Below are positions 23,195-60,056 of a stretch of 64,000 bases of DNA, piece after piece. Origin of the DNA: Narcine bancroftii (Eukaryota); NCBI RefSeq assembly GCF_036971445.1, contig NC_091473.1, positions 253,208,001 through 253,272,000 of the forward strand. The letters run 5' to 3'. Both the position numbers and the translations under genes were made by a program. The number at the start of each line of letters is the position of its first letter. Within the stretch, counting starts at the first letter, position 1. The notes beneath the pieces are model-generated. The model did not search any database, was not told the DNA's origin, and worked only from the letters and a program-made list of their open reading frames with translations.

Positions 23195-24150
23195 AGAATC
23201 AGGATTTATTGTCATGAACAAGTCATGAAATTCAGTATTTTGTGGCAGCGTCATAACTGCCATCTTATGACATTACTATAAAAAAATAAAACAATACAAT
23301 AATAATGCATGAAAAGTAAGCCAGTGACTTCATGGATTATTCAGAAATTTGATGGCTGTCCTTGTGCTGCTGACTCCTTATCTTTAGGGTCCTGTACCTT
23401 TTCCCCGATGGTAGCAGAGTGAGGAGGGCGTGGCTTGGGTAATGGGGGTCTTTGTGGATAGAGGCTGCTTTTTTAAGACACTGCCTCTTGTAGATGTCCT
23501 CAATGAAGTGAAGTTTGGTGTCTGTGATGTCACCGGCCGAGTTAACAACCCTTTGGAGTTTTTCTTTGTCCTGAGAATTGACACCTCCATAACAGGCAGT
23601 GATGCAACCGGCCAGAATGCTCTCCATGGTACACCTGTAGAAGTTTGTGAGAGTCTTCGGTGACGTACCAAACCTCCTCAGACACCTCACAAAGTATAGC
23701 CGCTGGCAAACCTTCTTTGTGGTTGCATCAACATGGAGAATCCAGAATAGATTCCCCAGGAATTTGAAGTTCTTGACCCTCTCCACTTCTGAGTCCTTGA
23801 TAACCGGATCATGTTCTGACTTCCTCCTGAAATCTATAATCATCTCCTTGGTTCTGCTGACGTTGAGCGCAAGGTTGTTGTCGTTACATCATTCAGCGGG
23901 CTGATCCATCTCCCTCCTGTCTGCTTCCTCGTTGCCATTTGTGACTCTCCTGACAACTGTGGTGTCATCGGCAAACTTGTAGATGGTAGTAGAATTGTGC
24001 CTGGCCACACGGTCGTGGGTGTATGACGAGTAGAGCAGTGGGCGCAGCACGCATTCTTGGGGTGCGCCTTTGTTGATGATCAGTGAGTGGGAGACGTTTC
24101 CAATTCATACTGACCGTGGTATTCCAATGAGAAAGTCAATGATCCAATTG
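23195..24150 (-). mobile_element. Rex1/Babar-type LINE 3' fragment
   Basis: KFADDTTVV, MIIDFRRK...VERVKNFKFLG...QRLYFVRCLRRFG...FYRCTMESIL...LLPSGKRYR. Confidence 0.85.
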
Positions 24151-25399
24151 TGGGGGAGGTGCTGCAGAGCCTTTTGAGGGAACCCCTTCAAATAACAAAG
24201 CAGAGTAACCCCAGGGAACTCCGTTAGTGGCACTGGTAAAATTAATGTTTAACCATACAATGTACAGTAATAAAATGTGTATATATAGAACATTACAGCA
24301 CAGAAATAGGCCCTTTGTCCCTTCTAGTTTGTGCTGAACTTTTTTATGCCTCGTCCACTGATCTGCATCCAGTCCATAGACCTCCAAACTCTTCCCATCT
24401 ATGTACCTGTCCATATTTTTCTTAAATACTCGCATTCACCACTTCAGCTGGTAGCTCGTTCCACACTGTCACCACGCTCCATGCGGAAAAAGTTCTCCCT
24501 AGTGTTCCCCCTAAACTTTTCCCCTTTCACCTTTAATCCATGTCCTCTGGTTTGTATCTTGCATGCCCTCAGTGGAAAAAGCCGACCTACGTTTACTCTG
24601 TCTATCCCCTTGTAACTTAAAAATTTCTATCAAATCTCCCCTCATTCTTCTATGCTCCAGCGAATAAAGTCCTGAGTTGTTTAACCTTTCCTTATAACCC
24701 AGTTCCTCAACTTCTAGCACATCTCTGCACTCTTTCAATCTTATTGATATATTTCCTGTGGTTAGGTGACCAAAACTGTACACAATACTCCAAATTTAGC
24801 CTCACCTCTGACTTTTTAAACTTTACCATAACATCCCAACTCTTCTACTTACTTGATATTTTGATTTATAAATGCCAATATGTCAAGAGCTCTCTTTACA
24901 TCCTCATCTACCTGTCACTTTTAGGGAATTATGTATCTCTGTTCCCAGATCCCTGTGTTCTAAGAATATGACACTAAGAATGTGATAAAATCTTTGCACT
25001 TTTTTTCTATGTAATTTTTTTCTAATGAATAAAGTTTATTTTTGTAGAATGATAGATGAATGGGAGTATGATGTCCAGGTGTTAATATGGGAAAGGATTT
25101 TATTACCAGAAATAATCAATTAACAGAAAAAATGTGTAAAACTTAGATGGTAAAATTCTTAACTAAAGTCAGAGATCTTCAAATCCATCAGCTTGGGGGT
25201 AGTTAGTAACAGAAAAATGAATCAATTCATCGGATGCTTAAACTGCTTCCCCATTACATACGATGTTTAGTAAGATCCATGCATGGTAAATGAGTGTTTT
25301 TCATGTAAAGACAGAGGATTGCTGGAGGAACTCAGTGGGTCAGTTATTTTATTGTCATTTCCATACTGAAAACATAAAAATGAAATAGTATTTCTCTGA

Positions 25400-27350
25400 A
25401 ACAAAATCAACCTGTTTGCTGATTATGTGTTTAGTGTATTTGATGGAACCTGGGGAGTTGGTGACCAGATTGAGGACCATGCTGGAGGATTATGGGAATG
25501 TCTCCCATAATCAGATAAAAGCAAAATTATGTCTTTGTCAAAAGGAGATTATAGACCCTATCAAAGGGAAAGCCAATTCATGTGGCTGTAGGGAGGCATT
25601 AAATACCAGGGATAAGAGTGGATAAAGATAGACGTAATATGTATAAACTAAAATATCTCCCTTTGCTTTGGAAGGTCAAGAAGGACCTGGCTAGGTGGTG
25701 GGCAGAGTTAACTATAAAAATGAAGGTGATGCCAAGACTATATCTTTTTCAAATGCTGCCCATTTCGTTGCCCCAGTGCTTCTTTAAAATGCTCAGTGGA
25801 TACGTCAGAAACCTTTCATGGAATGGTAAGGTGTCTAGAGTCTCCATGGAAAAGTTGTCATGGGAATATAAATTGGGAGTGGGGTGCACACCTTAAACCT
25901 GCCAGATTTAAAAAAACTACTGGGCATTCCAAGGAAGGTTTGTCTCACTTTTTGAGAGGGGGGGGGGGCTACCTTTTTTGGCACAAATCGGGTTACATGT
26001 GATGGGAGAAAAGACAACAGGCGAATTTATATACAAATGGAATGCCAAATCAGTTTTGAAAAAAAAACACTCATAACCCCATAATAAAACGTGGGCCAGA
26101 CGTGCAAAGAATAAATCAATGAATTGGGCTGAAACTGGGGTCATCTCCTAAACACCATTGACCCAGAACAATTTAATAAGTATGACTCTGGGCATTAAGA
26201 TCTAGGACACCTGGTTCTGGAGGGGGATCAGGAGTATTGAGGATTGTTACTATCAAGGGCAGCTCTTGTCATTCGAACAATTGAGAACTAAATATGAGTT
26301 AATGAATAAAACATCTTCTGCTTTCTGCAATTAAGATCTTTCCTAAGGGAAAAACTGTGACCAACAATAACTGCCTGACTAGTGACAAATTCAAAAGGGG
26401 ATTGTATGTAAATTTATCTCTAGGATGTATTCCATAATCCAAAGTGAAGGCCCAAAGCCGGGCTTACATTGGTCAAGGGAAAGGTGGGAGTTGGACTTGG
26501 CATAACAATTGATGAATGATGGTGGGAAGATTTGTGTTTGAATAGCCTGACGGGAATTGTTAATGCCAGGCACATGCTGGTGCATTATACAAATTATACA
26601 AATTAAAGTCTGAAATTTCAGAAATATGCTTTAGGTGCAGTGTGGAGGTAGGAACCTTTGTCCATTCCACCTAGCTATGTATAAGGGTGAGATCCTTCTG
26701 GAAGGGCTGTGGGGGGCACTCTGGAAAAAAATTACAATGGTGGGTTTTCCACAGGATCTGGTGTTGTACCTTCTAGGGGGTCATTGGAGAAGTGCAGTTC
26801 AAACTGTCCAAACATCAATTCAGTTTTTGAAGGGTGCATTGTCGTATCCAGGAACTTTATAGCAGTTAGGTGGAAGTCCAACTCCCAGCTAAGTATTGCT
26901 CAATAGAATATGGAAATAGCGTTGCATTCCCCTGGAGAAAATCACTGACAATTTAGAGAAGGGATGTCACATTCGTTGAAGCGTGGCAACTTTATCTGAG
27001 GCACATCGATGCACAGATATAAATTCAGAACTCCACCCCCACCCCCACCCCCACAGGAATAAGAGAAAAGAAACAATCCACCCCAGCAGGTAAAGGATTA
27101 AGAGTATGACATGGGGAATGTAGCACAGATGATGTGTGTTTTTGCCCCTACCTGTTTTTATTTAATATCCAATGTCCTATTGCTTCGAGGAGGATCATTG
27201 TATTTGTCAGCATTTAGGTGGTTTTTGTATGTATGTATTTTAAGGGATAGGATGGGGAGGAGGGTGTAAGGAGGTGGAAATAAAGACTCTATATCATATT
27301 ACATGGAAAGAGAATGTAAAATTCTGTTTATTGGATTGAAAAAATAAGTT
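25400..27350 (+). mobile_element. Degenerate L1-clade ORF2 3' half
   Basis: IKMKVMPRLYLFQMLPISLPQCFFK...WNGKVSRVSMEKL L1 ORF2 motifs; A-rich tail near 27350. Confidence 0.75.
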
Positions 27351-28430
27351 TTAAAAAAGTTGGCAGAAGGATATTGAGTTGCGGGAGGAGGCTGGTGGGG
27401 TGAAAAGTGAAGACCAAGAGGGACCTGTTCTGCCAGGGTTGGGGTGGGGGAGGGGGTAAAGGAGAGGTAAAGGCAGAAGTAGAAATGTGGTACTGGTGCA
27501 AGCTTTATTAATGACAGTAAGGGTAAATCTAGGCAAAGGAGGAAAAACCCAACACCCAACCCCAACCAACCAATTTTCCCCTGCAACCGTGTCTGCCTGT
27601 CCCGCATCGGATTGTCAGCCACAAACGAGCCTGCAGCTGACGTGGACATTTACCCCCTCCATAAATCTTCGTCTGTGAAGCCAAGCCAAAGAAGAAAGAG
27701 GGAGGACATTTTGGATGTTGGGCAGTGGAAGGTCTCATTCTGGGAATGGATGCAGTAGAGGAATTGTGAGGTTGGAATGGCACCTGTCAAGGGACAGGAT
27801 GAGAAGAGGTATTATGCAGGCAGCTGTGAGAGTCAAATATCCATGGATAGTTTTAAGTTGGAGACTGAGAAGTCAAGGAAGGGGAGAGAGGTGTCAGAAA
27901 CCATTTAGATAAATAAGTGCACGATAGAAATTCTGCACAGGTACAGGAGGTAGCACCAATGGTGTAGCGGAGGAAGAATTAGCAAGTAGGATTGGAACTG
28001 GGACTGTTCCAGATAGCTGGCAAAAGGCAAGTATAACTGGAGTCCGTGGGTGCACCATGGATCTGGAGGATTCAAAGAAGTTGTTAAAGGTGAAGACCAG
28101 TTCTATCAAACGGAGGGAGGGCCTTTCTGATGGGAATGATGTGGAAAGGGATCGGACATCCATGGTGAAGATAAGGTAGTAGGGGCTGGAGATTTGGAAT
28201 TCTTCAAAGAGGTAGAGAGTGTTGTCCAGGATGTTGGTAAAGGACTGGACAAATCATAACAGGTGTTGTTGAGGTATGAGAAGATGTGTTTGGTGGGGCA
28301 GAAACAATGGTTCTGCCAGTGCAGTTTGTGAATTTTGGGTAGGAGATGGAAGTGGGCAGTGTGGGTTTGGAGAACTGTGAAGTTGGAGGCAGGGCAGAGA
28401 GATTCCCTGTAGTCTGCCCCCCCCTCTCCC
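27350..28430 (-). mobile_element. Penelope-like element RT fragment (degenerate)
   Basis: TAHFHLLPKIHK, MDVRSLSTS.P and LIELVFTFNNF motifs of PLE reverse transcriptase. Confidence 0.75.
27530..27697 (+). mobile_element. RTE LINE 3' end fragment
   Basis: Same family as 16166-17310 (AGGCAAAGGAGGAAAAACCCAACACCCAAC...GCCAAGCCAAAGAAG). Confidence 0.88.
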
Positions 28431-31400
28431 AATGTAGTTTTTGTACGTTAGAGTTCTTGCCTGAAATATTGTTGACCATTTCTACCCACAGATGCTAACT
28501 GACCTGAGTTCCTCCAGCAATATCCTGTTTGTCCTGCTGCGTTCCTTCAGCAGATTGATTTTTGTTCCTGAATGCAATAGCCAATTTAGGAACATATTCC
28601 CACAAACAGCGAAATCAGTGGCGAGTTGATTTTTCTTTTGCTCCAGTAGTACCAGTGGACTGAAATTGGACAGGGCACTGGGAGACAAACGGGTATGGAA
28701 ATGTTATACTTCTGCGGGTGTTTAAGCAGCTTGAGCACTTATAAATCTGTAATATTATACCAACTGTTTCCAAAATTGTGGTTGCTTTTTTAAGGAAGTG
28801 AATGCACCTGCCATTACAAAACATAAAGTACAAATTTGTTGGCTTTACAGTATTTCATAAACACAGTTTCTGCTTTCTACAAGTGGTCCTTCATTGTAAT
28901 GGTATGTTTTGACTCTTTATCCTAGTTAAAAAAGGAATATTTTTGTGCACAGTAATACCAATGAATTTGGTTATTATTTATTTGGTCAGGCAGTGTTTGA
29001 TTTTATTGATTATTTGGGAAATTCTATGTAAAGTGCTAGTGCGTGGTTAGGGTTAGTACTCTTGGAATTTTTAGGGTCTGATTAAAATGTTCAAAACACA
29101 TGTGAATTAAGTATGTGTTGAATGTAAATCATCTTCATTTGTACTAGTGCTTTTAAAACAATGTTAAAGTTGTTGGAGTGCCCACATCCTTAAATTTATT
29201 CTTGTTGCATATTTTATACTTCATTAATAGCCCCTTAATGAACTGCCCCCCCCTCCCCACCCCCGCCAAGGTAACTGACAAGATTCTTCAAATGACTTTA
29301 AGGTTTATTGTTGCATTAAAAGAACACAGTGGTCTGTGAAATCCTTTCTTGTACTGAAACAGTGGATTAATATTTAGAAAACAGATATGCCATTCAACCT
29401 ATTGTGTATGTTTGTAAGATGTCAAAGTCAACCACCCTAATCAACTATTCAGCACGTTGTCCTTGCCCTTCAGGTCAGTACTCAAAAATTAAAATGACTT
29501 TTGGGTCCAGAATTCACTCTCGCCCCTAAAGTTGGGTACGAAGGCTTCCAAGGAACTAGTCCATACTGTGTTCTCCCCCTTCAGGAACACCGGAGCATGA
29601 ACATTTTCTTGGAAGGGGGCAAGCAGTTGGCATGGTGGAACTCCCGTATTGCACGCTGCCTGGATTTGCTAATGCCCCCTTGGTTAGGCCCAGGAGTAAA
29701 CCAATAATGAGGACCTTTGACCTGCCTACCGCAAGAAGTTAAACTGCAATCCTAAAAGGAAGGGACAAGTGAATGGTTACAGTGATTTTAATTTAAAAAA
29801 AAATTAGACATGCAGCATGATAACAGGCCATTTCAGCCCATGAGCCCGTGCCACCCTATTAACCTACAAACCTCAGTACATTTTGAATGGTAGGAGGAAA
29901 CCGGAGCCCCTGGATGGGCTGAAGTGTGTTTATTTTAAAATAAATGTTGCAGGTAAGGCAGATGGATATTACTTGGAATTATGATGATGTGGCTGTTACA
30001 GAGACTGGCAGCTCAATGCTTCTGGGTTTAATTCTTTTAGATAGAGAAGGAGGTAAAAGAGGTGGAGGCATAACATTGCTGATCTGGGAGGGTGTCACAA
30101 TTGCATTCTGAGGACAAAATAATGGACTCAACTAAGGCAAGGGGGGTAGAATTCAGAAATAAGGAAGGTGTGGTCACTGCTAGGACTAATTTAAGCCTCC
30201 TAGTAGCAATTGAGTGGTGAAGGAACAGATTACAGTGTGGACAAATTATGGAAGAGTTACAAAAAAACAATGAGGTCACATCATAGGAAGCTTTATTCTT
30301 CCCATTATTCATTGCCATTTGGACATTAGGAGACCCAAAAAGGGCTATGAAATGCCTGGTGAGTGGATTAAGGACAATCCCAAGGCATTTTATATTTGCC
30401 CCTCATCAAGGAATGAGCAAAATGTAGGCAGACACCTGAATAAAACAGAATGAAGGTGTCAGATTTCCTTCTCTGGAAGACGTTAGTGAATGGAGCAGAC
30501 TGGGTGGGCTGAACTCTGGCACCTGCCTATGCTTTGGTCAAGCTATATCAAGGATAATGTTTGACCTGCTGAGTTTCTCCAGCATTGTGTTTTTACTTTA
30601 ATCATGGTGCCTGCAGACTTTTGTGTTTCACCTCTGGTGTTCTGCAGGCATCTTGTGGTTGGACCTCTGTTGTTTTGTATTACTTGGTTGAAGAAGTTTA
30701 CAGATGATACAAAGGTTGGTGGAGTTGTGAACCGTGCAAAGGGTTATCAAAGAAGACAACAGGAATAAATCAGTTACAGATATGGGCAGAGAAATGGCAG
30801 GTGGAGTTTAATCTGGACAAGAGTGAGGTGTTTTACTTTGGGAGGTCAAATGTAAGGAGAATGGCAGGGCTCCTAAAAACATTGATGTACAGAGATCTGG
30901 GGGCCCAGGATTATAGCTCATTGACAATGGCCACACTGGTAGATAAAGTGGGAAAGGCGAGGTGTGGTATGCTTGGCTTCATTGGGCATGGCGTTGAGTA
31001 TAAAAATAAGGCGGCCCTGTTGCAGCAATATAAAACTTAGGTTAAGATGCACTTGAATGCTGTATGCAATTCTGGTCACTCCAAAACAGGAAGGTTATGG
31101 AGGCTTTGGAAAGGGGACAGAAGAAGTTGCATGGTTTAGAAGGTATAAGTATGGGGAGAGATTTGATAAACCTGGGTTGTTTTCCCTGGACCATATTAGG
31201 TAGGCTAAGGGGAAAGCTGATGGAGATTGATATAATCGTGAGAGGGTGAAGAGACAAAATCTTTTGCCCAGGATAAAAGCATCACATGAGAGGACATGAG
31301 TGGTTTGCAACTTTTTTTTTCCCACTCACATACCACCTTAAGTAATCCCTTACTAACCACAGAGCACTGATGCACCCTGTCAAGAGCAAGCAGCAGAGAT

Positions 31401-33156
31401 TTAATTTTCTTTTTAATCTATTTTTATTGATTTGAAAGAGGAATATGACATCATATATTGAACAAAAAAAACCGTCAATCTTAGTGTTAAAACTCAGAAC
31501 ATGAATCTCATTAGCAAATTGTACATTATAATGTACACAGTAAATCACGTAAAAAAGAAGTTAATTTGGAAGAACTTTGGTTCATATCTATCATTGGAAC
31601 AAGTTTCTGGTATGATAAGTACTTGTGTAAAGAAAAAGGAAAAAGCAGAAGTTAAGAAAGATAGTAGAGCAAGAAAAGAAAGGAAAAGGAAAGAAATCCA
31701 CCCCATACTAATCTCACTCCTCCCAGCAAAAGAGTAAGCAAGAAATCGAGTTCCGGCCTCCACGCAACGAGCAAGTAACCCACAGAGCACTCAAGCCTAT
31801 GTCATCTAATTCTGATAGTAATCCATGAGTGGACCCCATAATGTATCAAATTTCATCTAATATTCTCCAAGCTCAAACAATGTACCCAATCCATATGAGT
31901 CGTTGGTGAGCGATCTTTCCATTTAATCAAAATTGGTCATCAATAAAAGTAAGAGCTCCAACTCTTCTTTGAGTTAGATTCAAATAAATATTTTCCTGTT
32001 GACAATAACCAAACAAAACAATGCAAGGGCAAGGATCTCAATTGACCCTGAGAATCTCTGCTAAAATTGTTCCCCAAAATCATTCAGTTTTGGACACTCC
32101 CAAAACAGATTTAAGTTGGATTTATTTTTTGGCACAAACGTGGGCTGAAGGACCTGCTCTTACAGCTGTGATGTTCTTATTTTAAAACAAAATATATCAT
32201 GACTTCAGATCTATGCAGACTATCTTGTTTTCAGGGTTCTGCTGATGCTGAGCAATGAGAAGAGATAATGGGCGGGGGGGGTGGGGGGGTCCTTTTTCCT
32301 GTGACAGTCCTAGCCATGTTTACTACCCTCTTTAATCCTAACTTTCTCATGGCATCTACATTCTCAACCAGTGAGATGGAAATCTAGCCTTATTATCCAT
32401 CCCTATTCATTGGTGAACAGTAACTGTTTAAAAAAAGTGTAAAACTCTCGGATGGACCACTTTCAAATTGTCAAGAATTTCATGATTTCAGAATTGGACC
32501 ATGATTCCGGGGAGAGGGTATAAGTAAAGGATCCATTATTGTCACTTAATGGACTACATGTAGAATGTAACATGCATAAAGTTCTTCAACTTTGTCCAGT
32601 GAGGAACGAACTTGTGACCTCTGGTTATAAGGATTTTAAAGTTGTTCAGTTTGCTGAAATGGGATTGGATCCCCATCATAATGCTTATTTCAATTAGTTT
32701 TCTCGTGCACCTCGGAATTGAGAATGAGTTCATTCCAGTTTGTGGATTCTGAATGAGGGAACCATACATGGGATGGGGGGGGGGTGTTTGATTAGGCAGG
32801 TGGGTGGTAATGTGTGAAGTGGTACCCCCTTTTGCAATTTATATTAGGCTTCAAATGTGTGACTTCAAGGTTCTCAATACCATCTTGGATGCTTCTACAT
32901 TTTGAGGAATTGGGGGAAGAGGTTGTGCAGGAGCCAGTGGTAATGTTACATTTCATCAAGGAAGCTTGAATCTTTTTATCGTAAAACAACATACAACTTG
33001 TGCATTTTTTGTGATTCCAAAGTTTGCTGGTTTTGTCACGTACAATATCATTATCTATTTTGGAAATCTAAATGTGTTAAGTATTCGTTGATGGTTAACA
33101 ATCAGTTTACTAATTTCACCTCTTCTTTCCCCAAAACCAGGCAAAATCCTATCAAC

Positions 33157-56575
<23,419 letters not shown>

Positions 56576-58121
56576 ACTACAAATCCTACTCTATTGAAAT
56601 GAATGTGACGTAGAACAATTCAGCTTCCTGTTACGTCCTATAGATTCCAGTCTTTGTTGCATCAAATGGATATGATGAAGGAGATCTCTGCCTTCAGAAA
56701 AACAACTCATTTTGATCATTCCACATCAATCCATTGGCAGGACATTAGTCTGGATTCTCGTCAATTGTAAAACACACTGCAGAGGGGGGAATGCATTCAG
56801 TAACTACTTTGATTAATGACTTAATTAACAGTGAGACATCTTGGGAAGTAATGAGTCCATTTGAATTACTGAAACAATAACCTTGCTGTTTAAGCCTGTG
56901 GTTTTCAGTGTTTGCTACTATTTTAGTGAGATTAAAGTAAAGGTATTTTGGGGATTTAATGTGATGAGATAGTGCCAAATAATAATCCACAGAGCCATTG
57001 GCCATGACACTTAGTGGCACAGTTCTTTTTCCAACATTGTATCTAATTCTTTCTGATGGCAAGGGCGCGAAAACTGATGTGCCACAAAAAAAGTTTACTA
57101 AATGTGTAAAATTACAAAGTCGGCCAGAGCGATGATTGGATTTGTACTTCTAATATTAGATCAAGCTCGACAATTATTTTCAATTACTGTTTTACACTGG
57201 AGATGGGACATTTTCCCTTGCTTGAGCTAGAAGACAGCAATTCCTTAGACTTTATACTTCACTAATTCTTCCCAAAGCAGCACCATCCAGAATTTGAAGG
57301 TTCTATCCAATGCTGAATTTCATGAAACACTAAAAAGTAGTTATCAATATTTAGCAGTTGATGGTGCTATAATGATAAGAATGAAAATCTACCACACAAA
57401 CCAATATTTTGAGTCTTCTGTGCCCTCGGTACAAACTTTCCTCCACACAGGCAGCATGTTTGGTGTAGCAGTTACAGTGCCAGCGATTGGGGCCAGGGTT
57501 CGAATCCCCCACTGTCGGTAAAGAGTTTGTACGCTCTCCCCGTGTCTGCATGGCTTTTCTCCGGAGGCTCTGGTTTCGTCCCACCCTTCAAAAGTGTATC
57601 GGGTGCTGTAAGTCAATTTGGTGCCATTGGGCAGCACAGACTCTGACCTGCAGGTCGAAATTTTTTTTTAATTTTAAAAAAAAACAACTGGCCTGATTTT
57701 CCTCCTGATGTTATGAAGATTGCAGTTGCTGTTCCAAATGCATTTCTGGTTAAGAAAGAAAATTTAAAATTTCATCCTATTTTGAACCTCTGTATCGATT
57801 TATGTTTGTGAAACTCCTGTGACAGTAATTGCTCATGCTGACGTTAATATTTTCTCCCTAACCCTTCAATGGGTAGATTGTGAATTCAGATATAATTATA
57901 GCCGTCTTTGTTGAAATTGAGCTTGTGAGATTTATTTTCTCTGTGTTATAGAGTTGCTTTGTCATTATGCCTCACAGTGACCCAGATTGGTATGATTCTC
58001 AGATTGTTTTGCTTGTTCACTGCTTTACTTGTGGGAGAAGGATGTCGTATTTAAATAGTTGCATTTATCTGCAAAATGTGTTAACAGTTTGAACTTGAAA
58101 AGAATTTTACAGCTTAAAGTT

Positions 58122-58127
58122 AATAAA
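58122..58127 (+). terminator. Candidate MDM4 poly(A) signal
   Basis: AATAAA ~1.55 kb after the stop, followed by T/GT-rich sequence. Confidence 0.5.
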
Positions 58128-59887
58128 TACGATTTGAATATTTATTATCAAACCTCTTTGTTTCTTATTTTGGCTTTAAATTTTTTTCCCCCGTCACTTG
58201 AATGGGATTTGTCATTGAAGAAATGAAACCTTTATTGTATCAAGGTTCAACCCTGTCGGAAAATAGAGGGTCCATTACTTCTCCCAGTAAGATCCCCACC
58301 AGATGTTTGTTTCTCATTGTGAAGCTTTGCCAATGAAGTGCATTATTATTGGACATCCTGTCTGTTGAGCACTTATCAGCATTCATTATGGATGCAGATA
58401 AAAAGCAGTTTTATTCAGGAAATCCAATAGTCTACATCGAACCACTCTCCATTTCATGATTAGTATTTCCATTGGCAGACTGTCTAACGTGGTTCTCCGA
58501 TACTGCTTGTTAGATGGATTGACTGAATTATGACTGGCTTCTGTTTTTCCCTGGAGCATAGAAGAATGATGGGCGATTTGATGGAAGTATAGAAAATTAT
58601 GATGGGTATTGATAGAGTAAATGCAAGTAGGCTTTTCCCACTGAGGGTAGGTGAGATATATCAGAGGGGATGGATTAAGGGTGAAAGGGGAGGCCTTCTT
58701 TACAGGGAATGGTGGCAGTGTGGAAAGAGCTACCAGGTGAATGTGAGATTTTAACTAAAAATGGGAGGGATATGGAATGATTGAGGTCAATGGGACGAGG
58801 CAGAATAATAGTTTGGCACAGACTAGAAGAGCCAAACTAACTCTTTCTGTGTTGTAATGTATGGTTTTATATCCTTGAATCTTGTTCTGGCAGTTCCTGG
58901 GCCTGGCTGATAATCGCACTAAATGGTACAGAGTTGCTTCCTTGCACAGTGACAATGGACATACAAAGGAGGTGACGAGAACGTTCTTTCATCTTGAGAC
59001 AGTAAGTTGATAGTTAAAAATTTGAACATTGGACATAGATAAGAAAAGTAGTTGTCTGTTTAAGGTGGGTGGTTGGAACTTACACATGAAGAGATCCAGT
59101 ACTTTGGTACACTTGGAACCAATTGATTATTTTTCTAACAAGCGTCCTGATGTACCTAAAATTCTACCATAACAACCAGAAGCACATTTCATGTGAGATT
59201 CTTGTAATCCTTCTCTTGATTATTACAAGCATCTGTTTAAAGTCTTTAGGACACTGGTCTGTCGGTACTGAAAAAGGTTGACAGTACTCCAACTATGTGT
59301 TTGTACCATTTGTAATTAAATGAAGGATTAGCAATGGTTTTTTATATTTATGTTTTCATCTCATTCCAATTGGTGTGGAATTTAATTAACATAGAACATT
59401 ACAGGCTCTTCGGCCCCCGATGTGGCGACCGATATAAACCTACTTAACAAACTAAACTTTCCCTCCATTCACACCCGTAACCCTCTATTTCTCTTGTAGC
59501 GATATGCCTGTGTAAGAGTCCTGAATGTCCCTATTATACCAGCCTCCACCACCACCCCAGAAATGCATTCCAGGCACCCACCACTCCGTTTAAAAAAAAA
59601 ACTTACTTCTGAGATCTCCCCTAAACTTTCTCCTCTCACCTTGTACAGATGTCCTCTGGTATTTGCATCTCTCTCCCTGGGAATAAAGGTGCTGGCTGTC
59701 CACCCTATGTATGTCTCTCAGAATCTTGTAGACCTCTATTAAGTCATCTGTCATCCTTCTGCGCTCCAAAGAGAAAAGCCCTGGCTCTGCGTTCTCCAAT
59801 CCAGACATCATCCTGGTAAATCTCATATGCACAGCTTCCACATCCTTCCTGTATTGCAGTGACCAGAACTGAAAATATACTCTTAAG

Positions 59888-60056
59888 NNNNNNNNNNNNN
59901 NNNNNNNNNNNNNNNNNNNNNNNNNNNNNNNNNNNNNNNNNNNNNNNNNNNNNNNNNNNNNNNNNNNNNNNNNNNNNNNNNNNNNNNNNNNNNNNNNNNN
60001 NNNNNNNNNNNNNNNNNNNNNNNNNNNNNNNNNNNNNNNNNNNNNNNNNNNNNNNN
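59888..60056. other. Assembly gap (169 N)
   Basis: Run of N. Confidence 1.
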